Shown in pieces: positions 39,020 to 48,034 of a DNA stretch of 64,000 nt (position 1 is its first letter; every line of letters starts with the position of its first letter). Under the pieces are notes generated by a model, which was not told the origin of the DNA, made no database searches, and saw nothing but the letters and a program-made list of their open reading frames with translations. The DNA comes from Elusimicrobiota bacterium (GTDB lineage Bacteria; Elusimicrobiota; Elusimicrobia; 2-02-FULL-39-32): contig JAKFYJ010000004.1 in NCBI GenBank assembly GCA_021730935.1, forward strand, positions 142,412-206,411. The letters are read 5' to 3'. The position numbers were made by a program, and so were the translations under genes.

Positions 39020-41478
39020 TAAAAATAAAGCAGATATTGGTTTCGGCCGCCCTGTTCGCGGGTTTATGCTCCGCGCTTCATGCCGATGTCGTCATTTCCG
39101 TTTCGGCGGACAAAAATAAAATTGATTTGAACGACAACATCCGGCTGAATGTGTCGGTCGAAGGGAGCGGAAATGTTCCGCAACCCCAAATGCCGGACCT
39201 CTCGGCTTTCAATGTTTACTCGTCCGGAAGATCCCAAAACATTTCCTTCATCAACGGCAAGATGTCGTCCTCCATTGTCTATAACTATAACCTCATGCCG
39301 AAAAGCACCGGCAAGTTCACGATCGGCGCGTTTTCTGTGACGGTGGACGGAAAAACGGCGCAAAGCCAGCCCCTTGAGATTGAAGTGGTCCCCGCCGGAT
39401 CCTCGCCGCCGCAATCCTCAAAACCGGCCGGGAGGACGAACGCCCCCGGGGCCTTCGTGAAGCTTTTGGCCAGCCGTTCAAAGGTCTTTCTCAACGAGCA
39501 GGTGATATTGCGATTTAAGTTTTATTTCAGAGTGAACCTTCTCGCCAACCCGCAATATCAGCCGCCTGAGTTTAAAGGGTTTATCGCGGAAGACCTGCCT
39601 CCGAAGAATTTTACGGAAACAGTGAACGGCGTCGGTTACCGCGTCCTGGAAATCCAGACCGCTCTCTTTCCGGCTAAAACAGGGAAGATTCTGATCCCTC
39701 CAGCGCAGATCAATATCGCGGTTCAGGACGTCAGCCAGGCGAGCCAGGACGATGTCTTCGGCATGTTTTTCGGCGGCGGCGCGAGAGAGTATGTTTTGAA
39801 AACGGATCCGGTCGAACTGGATGTGATGCCGCTCCCTTCTGACGGGAAACCCGCGGGATTTTCCGGCGGCGTCGGGGCCTTCAATCTGGCGGCGAGCCTG
39901 GACAAACCCAAGTCCGCCGTGGGGGAGGCGATCACGATGACGGTCACCGTTTCCGGAGAAGGCAACGTCAAGTCCCTGGGCGATCCCGTTTTTCCGGATT
40001 TCCCCGGGTTCCGCAAATTCGACACAGCCAGTTCCTTGAACATCGAGAAGGCAAACGAAAAAGTTCAGGGTTCCAAGGTCTATAAAATCGTCCTCATCCC
40101 TCAGTCATCCGGCAAACAGACTTTGCCTTCCGTCACTTTCACATATTTCAGCCTGGCTGAAAAGAAGTATAAAACTTTGAAATCAGCTCCGATCTCCGTT
40201 GACGTGAGTCCGGGGAGCCCGAGCGACGCGCCGAAATATGTCGGCAACTATAAATCGCCCGACATCCAGATGCTTCAGGAAGAAATCCGCTTTATTAAAC
40301 TGAAAAATAATTCCAAAAAACCTTTCACGTGGATCCATAAAAGCAAATATTTCCTTGCGCTCAACATTTTTTCCGTTGCAATTTTGTGCGCCGCTTTAAT
40401 CTATCGCCTCAGAAACATTCTCTCCGCGCTCAATCCGGAGAAACGCAGGAAATCTCGGGCCCTTCAAAACGCATTGGCGGAACTGAAGCGGGACCGGCCC
40501 ATGGACGCCATGCAGGGATTTTTTGCCGACAAGATGCTGGTTCCTCCGCAGGGCCTCACGCAAAAACAGGCGGAAGACTTTTTGGCCAAATCCAAATTGG
40601 ACGCCGAAACGGTTTCTCAAGCCAAAGCGCTCTGGAACGATCTGGACCTCCTCCATTACGCGCCGTCCCACTTTGAAAAGTCCGGGCAGTCAGAACTCTC
40701 GGAGCGCGTCAAAAATCTCCTCAAAAAAATAGAAAAATCTCTCCCGCTTTTCGCGTGCATCCTCCTCGGCAGCGCGCTCGCGTTCGTTCAGGAGACCCAG
40801 GACCCATTTTCATTGGGAAACCAGTTTTATCAGGAGGGAAAATATTCAGAAGCCGTTGAGCAATATGGGCAATATTTGGCAGTGGTCGGCGAAAATCCGG
40901 TTACGGAATACAATTTGGGCAACGCTTATTTCAAGCAGGGCGCTCATGGCGAAGCGATTCTCCATTGGGCCCGGGCGTTCCGCATGGGCTTGACCGATTC
41001 CGATGTGCGATATAATCTTCAGTTTGCTTCCGTCCGCGCTGGAGATCCGTTTTTCTCGGACATTGCTCCTGTCCGGTGGATTTATATTTTGACTCATTTT
41101 TTCAGCATCAATGTTTTTTCGATTGCTTGGATTCTCTCTCTGTGGTCGGCAGGCCTGTGTTTCTCGTTTATGCTTTTCAAAAAAATAAGTCTGAAAAATG
41201 CCGTGAGCGTTTCTTTGATCTTTATTTTATTTGTTTCAGGAATTTTTATGGCCGGCAGGTTGTATGAAGAAGAATGGAACTGCATGGCCGTCGTCACGGG
41301 ACAGAAAGCGGAAGTCCGATCCGGACCGGGGGCGCAATTTTCCGTCGGGTTCACGGTTCCTGAAGGCCGGAGGGTGTTTTTAATGGAGGAAACTTTTTCG
41401 AAAGACTGGGTCCAGGTGGCTGTCCCGAAGGAAGGGCTCAAGGGCTGGGTTTCGTCTCAAACCGTCAAAAAAATTTGA
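39016..41478 (+). CDS. BatD-like large periplasmic protein with C-terminal TPR, TM helices and SH3-like domain
   Basis: Signal peptide, BatD-type beta-rich repeats, TPR (YNLGNAYFKQGAHGEAILHWARA), three C-terminal TM helices, and a terminal SH3b-like segment (AEVRSGPGAQFSVGFTVPEGRRVFLMEE...WVQV). Confidence 0.6.
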   Translation: MIKIKQILVSAALFAGLCSALHADVVISVSADKNKIDLNDNIRLNVSVEGSGNVPQPQMPDLSAFNVYSSGRSQNISFINGKMSSSIVYNYNLMPKSTGKFTIGAFSVTVDGKTAQSQPLEIEVVPAGSSPPQSSKPAGRTNAPGAFVKLLASRSKVFLNEQVILRFKFYFRVNLLANPQYQPPEFKGFIAEDLPPKNFTETVNGVGYRVLEIQTALFPAKTGKILIPPAQINIAVQDVSQASQDDVFGMFFGGGAREYVLKTDPVELDVMPLPSDGKPAGFSGGVGAFNLAASLDKPKSAVGEAITMTVTVSGEGNVKSLGDPVFPDFPGFRKFDTASSLNIEKANEKVQGSKVYKIVLIPQSSGKQTLPSVTFTYFSLAEKKYKTLKSAPISVDVSPGSPSDAPKYVGNYKSPDIQMLQEEIRFIKLKNNSKKPFTWIHKSKYFLALNIFSVAILCAALIYRLRNILSALNPEKRRKSRALQNALAELKRDRPMDAMQGFFADKMLVPPQGLTQKQAEDFLAKSKLDAETVSQAKALWNDLDLLHYAPSHFEKSGQSELSERVKNLLKKIEKSLPLFACILLGSALAFVQETQDPFSLGNQFYQEGKYSEAVEQYGQYLAVVGENPVTEYNLGNAYFKQGAHGEAILHWARAFRMGLTDSDVRYNLQFASVRAGDPFFSDIAPVRWIYILTHFFSINVFSIAWILSLWSAGLCFSFMLFKKISLKNAVSVSLIFILFVSGIFMAGRLYEEEWNCMAVVTGQKAEVRSGPGAQFSVGFTVPEGRRVFLMEETFSKDWVQVAVPKEGLKGWVSSQTVKKI

Positions 41479-41512
41479 TCTATGAGACGGGATTTTGATA
41501 TATTGAGTTTTG

Positions 41513-41773
41513 ATGTCGAATCTAAATACAGCCAACGGATTGCAGGATTTAACTGCCGTATTAAAGGACGTTGAAAAAAAAGTCCTCGAAAACCGTTCCA
41601 AATATGAAGATTCCCAGAAGGCCGTGAAAGATTTTCGCCGCATTTTTGACCAGGCCTCTTCCCGCATGAACAAAGCCATTTTCAACGACAGGTCCGAAGA
41701 GGACATTTATCACGAAACCCTCCACACCGTTTCCAGCCTCATAGAAATTCTGGCGCGAGTCAAGAAAAAATAG
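41513..41773 (+). CDS. Small hypothetical protein (86 aa)
   Basis: ATG at 41513, no homology recognised. Charged, helical-looking sequence. Confidence 0.35.
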   Translation: MSNLNTANGLQDLTAVLKDVEKKVLENRSKYEDSQKAVKDFRRIFDQASSRMNKAIFNDRSEEDIYHETLHTVSSLIEILARVKKK

Positions 41774-41777
41774 TGTA

Positions 41778-42052
41778 GGACTCATCTTGTAAATAGGCGG
41801 TACATTTGGCGGCACGATTTTGGAGCGAAACAAGGAACGAGGACGAAGGCGTACCCATTGAGGTACGTCGAGGACGAGTGACGCAGTTGCAGCCCATAAG
41901 CGTGCCGCTCTTCTTGTTTCCGGGGTGCCCATCTTTGCGCGCTTTCGTCGTTGCTCATCGCTCACGTGCCTCTGGCACGCATCGCTCTTCGCGCCTAGAA
42001 ATCGCATCAAATCTGGGCTCCCAAATGTACCGCCTATTTACAAGATGAGTCC
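41778..42052. repeat. 275-bp element bounded by perfect 32-bp terminal inverted repeats
   Basis: GGACTCATCTTGTAAATAGGCGGTACATTTGG at 41778-41809. Its exact reverse complement is at 42021-42052. The interior is GC-rich and locally palindromic, non-coding. Confidence 0.7.
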
Positions 42053-43148
42053 TTGCCCAAGTTGCGGCCAACCCCTCAAAGACGCGGGCAAACACTGCAC
42101 GCGCTGCGGCATTTCGATCACGCCGAGGAGCCTTGAACTCGCCCAGGTCATTCTGAACTTGGGCTGGATCGCGCGCAGGTCGCTCGGCGGATTTTTGGCG
42201 GGCGGCGTGGGCTGGATTTTGGCAACCGCCATTTCAAGGACGGTTTATTTCACCGCCACCGGAACTCCTGAATTTTCGGCGATCCTCGATTTTTTCCCAG
42301 GCAAAGTCCCCGGGGCGACTGCGATCGCGGGCGCTTTCGTGGGCACCGTCGGAGGAATGATCGAAGGGTCCGCCTATAAATGTTTTCTCGGAGGATTCCT
42401 TGGGGCGGTGGGCGGATTTTTGGGCGGCGTCAGTTATCCGGCCTTTGAAAGTCTTTTCGCCGGCAGTAAATATGCCTATTCCTTTTCGATGGCGGGTTCC
42501 TGGGCGATCGCTTCGGGATTGATCGGACTCACAAGCGGATTGCTGGAAGGCACCAAACGAAAAATTTCCATGGGGATTTTGGGGGGCGCGGCGGGCGGCG
42601 CGCTCGGCGGCGGCGTGGGCTCTCAAATTTACGGCGCGATCTTCATGAGCGTCAGTTCGCTTCAGTCGATGTCCTGGTCCGTCGGGCGCCTCATTGAGCT
42701 GGTGAGCGGCGGGATTGTGGGGATCCATGTCTGGTTTTTCATCGGGATCGCGGAAAAATTTTATATCTTCAGGCGGCGCAAAATCGCGGCGGGGATCAAA
42801 AAAATCTGCGACCACTGCTCGGCTGAAAATGAGCTTTCGGCGTGGTATTGCGCTTCCTGCGGGAACGCGCTTCAGGTAGCGGCGTCCAGCGGCCAGATCC
42901 GCGTCACGCCTTATCGCGGGCTCGAGAGAGTTTCGGACGCGTTTCAATATTTGTCCTGGCTTTCCGCCACGGTCGGGGTTGTGACGACGGGGGTACTTTT
43001 TGTAAGCTTTATAAAGGAAAACTTTCTGTTCGCCGTTTTCGGTTCGCTTCTCCTGGCGCTGTTGCTGTATATGGTCTCAATCCTGTTTCGCGCGATCGCG
43101 GAAGCCATTCGCATCGGAATGAAATTGACGGAAACAAATAAATCGTGA
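42045..43148 (+). CDS. Polytopic membrane protein with two zinc-ribbon motifs and glycine-zipper TM helices
   Basis: N-terminal CPSCGQ...CTRCG, multiple Gly-rich TM segments (GGFLGAVGGFLGG), and an internal CDHCSAEN...CASCGN. The start ATG (42045) lies inside the right inverted repeat. Confidence 0.55.
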   Translation: MSPCPSCGQPLKDAGKHCTRCGISITPRSLELAQVILNLGWIARRSLGGFLAGGVGWILATAISRTVYFTATGTPEFSAILDFFPGKVPGATAIAGAFVGTVGGMIEGSAYKCFLGGFLGAVGGFLGGVSYPAFESLFAGSKYAYSFSMAGSWAIASGLIGLTSGLLEGTKRKISMGILGGAAGGALGGGVGSQIYGAIFMSVSSLQSMSWSVGRLIELVSGGIVGIHVWFFIGIAEKFYIFRRRKIAAGIKKICDHCSAENELSAWYCASCGNALQVAASSGQIRVTPYRGLERVSDAFQYLSWLSATVGVVTTGVLFVSFIKENFLFAVFGSLLLALLLYMVSILFRAIAEAIRIGMKLTETNKS

Positions 43149-43639
43149 GAATCACAAAACTTCACCTTCTCCTCTTTTTCCTGCTCGCCGGCATCGGGGT
43201 CTATGCCGCCTATTTTTTGCACGAGAAACCCGCTGAAATAAAACCGGTTATGGATGCCGTCCCCGCGCCGGAAACGGCTTCAATGCCCGCGGCGCCTCAA
43301 ACGGCCGCGCCTTCCGCTCCTGCCGCGTCAGCGCCTGTCCAAACCAAAGTGAGTTCCGATCCGTCCAAGCCTGTGGTTTATGTCGTAAAGGGCGGGGAAA
43401 CTCTCTGGAAGATCGCCAAGATGCCGGAACATTTCGGCAAGGGCCACCGGTGGTATGACATCTGGAAAGCCAATGAAAACACCCTTCAGGATTTTGATCA
43501 CCTTGTCCGCGGGCAGGAACTTGTGATTCCTCTCGACAAGCCGGACGGATACAAATGGCCGAAGACCGATGACGCGCGCAAAGCCAAAATTTTAGCTCAG
43601 GTCCGAGTCAAGGCTCAAAAGATTCCCGCAACGAATTAA
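43145..43639 (+). CDS. LysM-domain protein
   Basis: N-terminal TM, Pro/Ala-rich linker, and a LysM motif (YVVKGGETLWKIAK...WKAN...L..GQELVIP). Confidence 0.75.
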   Translation: MRITKLHLLLFFLLAGIGVYAAYFLHEKPAEIKPVMDAVPAPETASMPAAPQTAAPSAPAASAPVQTKVSSDPSKPVVYVVKGGETLWKIAKMPEHFGKGHRWYDIWKANENTLQDFDHLVRGQELVIPLDKPDGYKWPKTDDARKAKILAQVRVKAQKIPATN

Positions 43640-43661
43640 TCCATCAACCGAGGAAAATCCC

Positions 43662-44975
43662 ATGACTGAAATTTCCATCCAGAACTGTCTCAAATCCAAT
43701 GTCGGCGCGTTCGGCCTTTCTCCCGCGGACATTCAATCGGCGGGAAAAGCGCTCAAGGCCGCGAACCTTTCTCTCGACGAACAGCGCCGCAGGCACGAAA
43801 TCGGATTTTTTGATCTGCCCGACAACATAAGCGAAGCAAAAAAAATTGCGGCGATCGCAGGAAAGTGGCGCGGCAAATATGAAAACTTCGTCGTGATCGG
43901 CATCGGCGGGTCCGCCCTGGGCAACATCGCTCTCCAGACCGCGCTCCGGCCCTGGACCTGGAACCTGATGTCTGCGTCTCAGAGAAAAGGCTGGCTCAAA
44001 ATTTTTGTGCCCGACAATGTGGACCCCACGCTCATCGGGGGACTTCTGAACACTCTGGACATGAGCAAAACGCTTTTCAACGTGGTCTCCAAATCCGGAA
44101 CCACCGCCGAATGTCTCGCGAATTATTTCATTTTGAGAAACGCCCTGGAAAAGAAAGTCGGCAAAGCGAAGGCGAACGATCACGTCATTTTCACGACGGA
44201 CCCGGAGAAGGGATATCTGAGAGAAAAAGGCCGGAAGGAAGGCATTTTGACTTTGAACATCCCGCCCAATGTCGGAGGCCGTTTCTCCGTGCTCACTCCG
44301 GTGGGCCTGCTCTCGGCGGCAGCTGCCGGCATCGACATCGTTTCTCTTCTGGCCGGAGCCAAAGCCATGAGAGAGCGCTGCGCCAACAGCAATATCTCCA
44401 AAAATCCCGCGGCTCTTTATGCCTGGGCGCACACGCTTTTTTATAAAAAAGGCCGCAACGTCCATGTGATGATGCCCTATTCCAATGAGCTCAAAGACAT
44501 CGCGGACTGGTTCCGCCAGCTTTGGGCTGAATCGCTCGGCAAGAAAACGGACCGCAAAGGCAAAACCGTTTTCGTGGGCCCCACGCCCGTCAAAGCCCTG
44601 GGCGCCACCGACCAGCATTCCCAGGTTCAGCTTTATATCGAAGGCCCGCACGACAAGGTGATCACTTTCCTTTCCGTCGACAAATTCGGGACGGAGCTCA
44701 AAATTCCGTCTTATGACAAGCATCCGCTCGGCGGAAAAAATCTGGGACAACTGCTCAAGGCCGAAGAGAACGCCACCCGGGACGCCCTCGCCAACGAAGG
44801 CCGCCCCAACCTCACGGTGTCGGTTCCCGAGGTGAACGCCAGGTCTGTCGGAGAACTTCTTTTCCTCTTTGAACTCGCCACCGCATACAGCGGAGAATTT
44901 TTCGACATCAACGCTTATGACCAGCCGGGAGTCGAGCTTGGAAAAGTTCTCACCCACAAATATCTTTCTGCCTGA
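43662..44975 (+). CDS. pgi: Glucose-6-phosphate isomerase
   Basis: SIS-domain motifs (VVIGIGGSALG; GGRFSVLTPVGLL) and the active-site region ESLGKK...GPHDK. Confidence 0.9.
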   Translation: MTEISIQNCLKSNVGAFGLSPADIQSAGKALKAANLSLDEQRRRHEIGFFDLPDNISEAKKIAAIAGKWRGKYENFVVIGIGGSALGNIALQTALRPWTWNLMSASQRKGWLKIFVPDNVDPTLIGGLLNTLDMSKTLFNVVSKSGTTAECLANYFILRNALEKKVGKAKANDHVIFTTDPEKGYLREKGRKEGILTLNIPPNVGGRFSVLTPVGLLSAAAAGIDIVSLLAGAKAMRERCANSNISKNPAALYAWAHTLFYKKGRNVHVMMPYSNELKDIADWFRQLWAESLGKKTDRKGKTVFVGPTPVKALGATDQHSQVQLYIEGPHDKVITFLSVDKFGTELKIPSYDKHPLGGKNLGQLLKAEENATRDALANEGRPNLTVSVPEVNARSVGELLFLFELATAYSGEFFDINAYDQPGVELGKVLTHKYLSA

Positions 44976-45393
44976 ATCCGCGCCGGCTCGGCACCTTTTC
45001 CGCTGGGCCAAGGTCCTTCTCTGGGCCGGTCTGATTTTTTATCTTTCCGCGCTTCCCAACCACAAGGGGAAAGTTCCGGACTTTGAAAATCTGATCGGGA
45101 TCCTTCATTTCCTTGCGAGGAAAACGGCGCATTTCCTGGAATTTTTAATCCTCATGTGGTGCGTTTATCGCGCGGTGCAGGGGGAATCCGAAAAAACAAA
45201 GCCCGGCCACTTTTATCTCTGCTTTTTTATGGTCCTGCTTTACGCCATAAGCGATGAGTGGCACCAGACCTTCGTTTTCGGCCGCGACGGCACGCCGTTC
45301 GATGTCTTCGTGGATTCCCTCGGCGCTTTCGCCGGATATATTTATGTTTTTCAGAAAGACCAGGCTCTCCATGAAGAAAAAAAAGAAAATTAA
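44917..45393 (+). CDS. VanZ-like family membrane protein
   Basis: TM helices and a conserved VanZ-like core (FLARKTAHFLEFLIL...SDEWHQTFVFGRDGTPFDVFVDSLGAFAGY). Start uncertain: the first in-frame ATG overlaps the pgi 3' end. Confidence 0.45.
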   Translation: MTSRESSLEKFSPTNIFLPESAPARHLFRWAKVLLWAGLIFYLSALPNHKGKVPDFENLIGILHFLARKTAHFLEFLILMWCVYRAVQGESEKTKPGHFYLCFFMVLLYAISDEWHQTFVFGRDGTPFDVFVDSLGAFAGYIYVFQKDQALHEEKKEN

Positions 45394-45514
45394 AATCCGC
45401 CGCCAATGGAAGATCAAGCCTCTCACCAAGGTTAAAACAAGCGCGAAATTTTATCGCAGGCCGAAAGCCAAAAAGGATGTTCATTATGAAATTGATGGGA
45501 TGTAGGGGCGATTC

Positions 45515-46342
45515 ATGAATCGTCCGTACGGCATGGTTTTGGGATTATTGTCGACGGCCGTGTTTATTATGGCCTGCAGTTCCAAAGGCGATTTCAGCAA
45601 AGCCGAGCGTTCAGAAAAGCTTGGGCGCTTTTCCACCGCGATCTCTCAATATGAAGATTATTGGAAAATGCATTCCAAAGAGGAAAAAGCGCCTCTGGCG
45701 CTCTTCCGCATCGGCGAGATTTATCGCACCGTCATCGTGGATTATGACAAGGCGAGGAAAAATTTCAACAACGTCATTGAATGGTATCCCCAAAGTCCCT
45801 GGGCGAAGGCCGCGGATCTCGCCCTCATCAACTGTCCGGATTATTTTCCGTTTGCCGCCGGCCAAAAAATGTTGGGGGATTCCATGAGCGGCGGCGCCAA
45901 CGCGCGGACGCTGGACGTTTCGGAACTGGACGCAAAGGATCCTTCGATCATGAGAGTGAAACGGCAGGTGCTTGCGGGGGAGCAGAAAGTGAGCGAGAGT
46001 GAAATCGAGTTCCAGAAAAAAACGGGAGAAATCACGGAGAAGCAGAAAGCCGGCGGATTTGCCACTGTGATCCTGCGCGTCCCCGCCGAAAAAGGCAGGA
46101 AATGGGAAACGCTCCGCAACAACAAGCGCGTGCAGTATAACATTGAATCTCTGTCTGAAACCGTTGAGGTCAGGGCCGGAACATTCTCGAATTGCCTCAA
46201 ACTGATCGAAAGAGAACTTGCCCGCCCAGACAGCTTCAAGGCCCAATATTTCGCGCCCGGCAAAGGCCTGGTCCTCGTGACCCAGTCTTCCAACCGGCAG
46301 GAAACCCGTCTCCTCGAACTTCTCCCGCCCGAAAAAAAATAA
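45515..46342 (+). CDS. Hypothetical lipoprotein with TPR-like N-terminal domain
   Basis: Lipobox (FIMAC), then a TPR-like segment (AISQYEDYWKMH...LFRIGEIYR). Confidence 0.55.
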   Translation: MNRPYGMVLGLLSTAVFIMACSSKGDFSKAERSEKLGRFSTAISQYEDYWKMHSKEEKAPLALFRIGEIYRTVIVDYDKARKNFNNVIEWYPQSPWAKAADLALINCPDYFPFAAGQKMLGDSMSGGANARTLDVSELDAKDPSIMRVKRQVLAGEQKVSESEIEFQKKTGEITEKQKAGGFATVILRVPAEKGRKWETLRNNKRVQYNIESLSETVEVRAGTFSNCLKLIERELARPDSFKAQYFAPGKGLVLVTQSSNRQETRLLELLPPEKK

Positions 46343-46344
46343 AT

Positions 46345-47283
46345 TTATTTGAGGTCCGGCCTGGGAGCAACTGTCTTCAGAGTCAGCTCTTTCCCGTCAG
46401 AAGTGATCTCCACGGTTCCGTCCTGGTCGGTGCGATAAATCGTCGCGTTTCTCGATTCAAGTTTGTCCAGAGTTTCCGAGTGCGGGTGTTTGAATTTGTT
46501 GCGCCGCCCGCACGAGATGACCGCGAGCTGAGGGTTGACCGCGTCCAGGAAATCTTCCGTCGAAGAAGTTCTGGACCCATGATGAGGAACTTTCAGGACC
46601 TTGGACTGAAGGTTATGCCCGAGGGTCTGAACCAAAACTTCTTCCGGCCCTTTCTCCGCGTCTCCCGGGAACAAGAACGTGTTGCTTCCGTGGGTGATTT
46701 TTAAAACAACGGATTGGTCGTTCAGGTTCTCTTTTCTTCTTTTTGCTTTTTTCTCTGAGGGTTTTTCAGGAATATCTGCCGGCGCTTCATTTGAAGGCCA
46801 AAGCACCTCCACTTTCAGTTCCGGGTCCCAGTCCAAACGGTCGCCTGCTTTCACGACATGATGTTTGATGCCCCGCAACTCAGCTTCTTTCAGGAATCTT
46901 CCATAAGTCGCCGAAGTCGTGGCTGTCCCCGCGTCCTCCAATTCTTTGACGGAGAAAGATCGGATCACGGCGAACGCTCCGCCATAATGGTCCAGATGGG
47001 GATGAGAGATGAGGACGGCCTCGATCTCTTCAGTCCTGGATGCGTATAAATAAGGCGCCACCACTTTCTTTCCCGCGTCAAAGGTCCCTCCGAACTCCTC
47101 TTCGTTGGGCCCCGCGTCGATCAGATAAGTCTTGTGCTGAGGCGTTTTTAAGACGATGGCGTCTCCTTGCCCGCAGTCGAGGAAGGTGACGGTGAAGGTT
47201 CCGGCGAAGAGAAACGAGGAGGATAATATAAGCGCGAAAATAGAAAGGCTGATTCGTTTTGCCATATTATTTTTTGGGAACAT
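46345..47283 (-). CDS. Secreted MBL-fold metallo-hydrolase (ComEC C-terminal-domain-like)
   Basis: Signal peptide and MBL motifs (DCGQGDAIVL; HPHLDHYGG; VLKVPHHGSRTSS). Confidence 0.8.
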   Translation of the reverse strand: MFPKNNMAKRISLSIFALILSSSFLFAGTFTVTFLDCGQGDAIVLKTPQHKTYLIDAGPNEEEFGGTFDAGKKVVAPYLYASRTEEIEAVLISHPHLDHYGGAFAVIRSFSVKELEDAGTATTSATYGRFLKEAELRGIKHHVVKAGDRLDWDPELKVEVLWPSNEAPADIPEKPSEKKAKRRKENLNDQSVVLKITHGSNTFLFPGDAEKGPEEVLVQTLGHNLQSKVLKVPHHGSRTSSTEDFLDAVNPQLAVISCGRRNKFKHPHSETLDKLESRNATIYRTDQDGTVEITSDGKELTLKTVAPRPDLK

Positions 47284-47304
47284 GATTATTAAAGAGGTGT
47301 CGGA

Positions 47305-47694
47305 TTAAACCAGATGAAGACGGACAACGGAGGAAATTTGACGAAATTCGTTGTCTCGGGTGAGCAAACCGCAATGGTTGTGGCTTGCAGTGATGGCAAT
47401 GGATAGGTCAATCAGAGCAGTTTGAATGCCCTTCCTGGCCAGCCGAAACCGGGCCCAGGCGGCGTCTTCCCATATATTGTCGGGTTCTTTCAATGAAGGC
47501 AGGGCCGAAAGTTTTTCTTTCAGGGCATCAAATTCGCTTTCGGTTCGCGCACCGGACAAAATCTCCGCCTTGATGATTGGAACGATGCAAACGCGGTCTT
47601 CTTCAAGAAGCGAGGTCAATTTTTCAACTTCCTCTGAACGCCCGGATTTAAAGAAATCAATCCAGACGGAGGTGTCCGCCAAAACAAGCGACAT
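47305..47694 (-). CDS. vapC: PIN-domain toxin VapC
   Basis: 129 aa, N-terminal LADTSVWIDFF (PIN Asp), paired with a small upstream antitoxin gene. Confidence 0.8.
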   Translation of the reverse strand: MSLVLADTSVWIDFFKSGRSEEVEKLTSLLEEDRVCIVPIIKAEILSGARTESEFDALKEKLSALPSLKEPDNIWEDAAWARFRLARKGIQTALIDLSIAITASHNHCGLLTRDNEFRQISSVVRLHLV

Positions 47695-47702
47695 GGAACG
47701 AT

Positions 47703-47897
47703 TTAAGCCCTTTCCCTGGAACGCTTGAGATCAATTTTCAGGTTCATTTTGCCCCGCATCGCAAGGAGGCCCGCGATTTTGTCCCGTCTCAGGACTTCTT
47801 TCAGCCCAAGGATGATGGTCTCCGTCTTGCTCCTGGCATGCAGAACGCTCTGCGCTTTTCGAATCAGATCATGCGGCAAGTCGAGTGTGGTGCGCAT
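47703..47897 (-). CDS. vapB: VapB-family antitoxin
   Basis: 64 aa, MRTTLDLPHDLIRKAQ... (classic VapB N-terminus), ending 8 nt before vapC. Start at the ATG whose complement is at 47895-47897. Confidence 0.7.
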   Translation of the reverse strand: MRTTLDLPHDLIRKAQSVLHARSKTETIILGLKEVLRRDKIAGLLAMRGKMNLKIDLKRSRERA

Positions 47898-47912
47898 AAG
47901 AACCTCCTTTAA

Positions 47913-47946
47913 GAATGCATATAAAATATAACAGTTATATGCATTC
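47913..47946. promoter_or_regulatory. Palindromic operator candidate upstream of vapBC
   Basis: Perfect inverted repeat GAATGCATATAA-n10-TTATATGCATTC, 16-49 bp upstream of the vapB start, overlapping AT-rich -10-like sequence. Confidence 0.5.
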
Positions 47947-48034
47947 TTGTCAACTCTCATTTTACTGGCATGCATAATCTCCTAAATTGATGAAATCCCG
48001 AATAAAAAGTCATGTATTATGGTAAAATATAAAC

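Noticed and set aside
41561-42010. 149-aa minus-strand ORF running through the inverted-repeat element
   Set aside because: It exists only because the left terminal repeat encodes the same ...KMSP... as the right one when read outward. It runs antisense through the small ORF at 41513-41773 and has no independent support.
45254-45505. 83-aa ORF overlapping the end of the VanZ-like gene
   Set aside because: It is out of frame within the VanZ-like coding region and runs across the following intergenic spacer. It has no RBS and a low-complexity sequence, so it is probably spurious.
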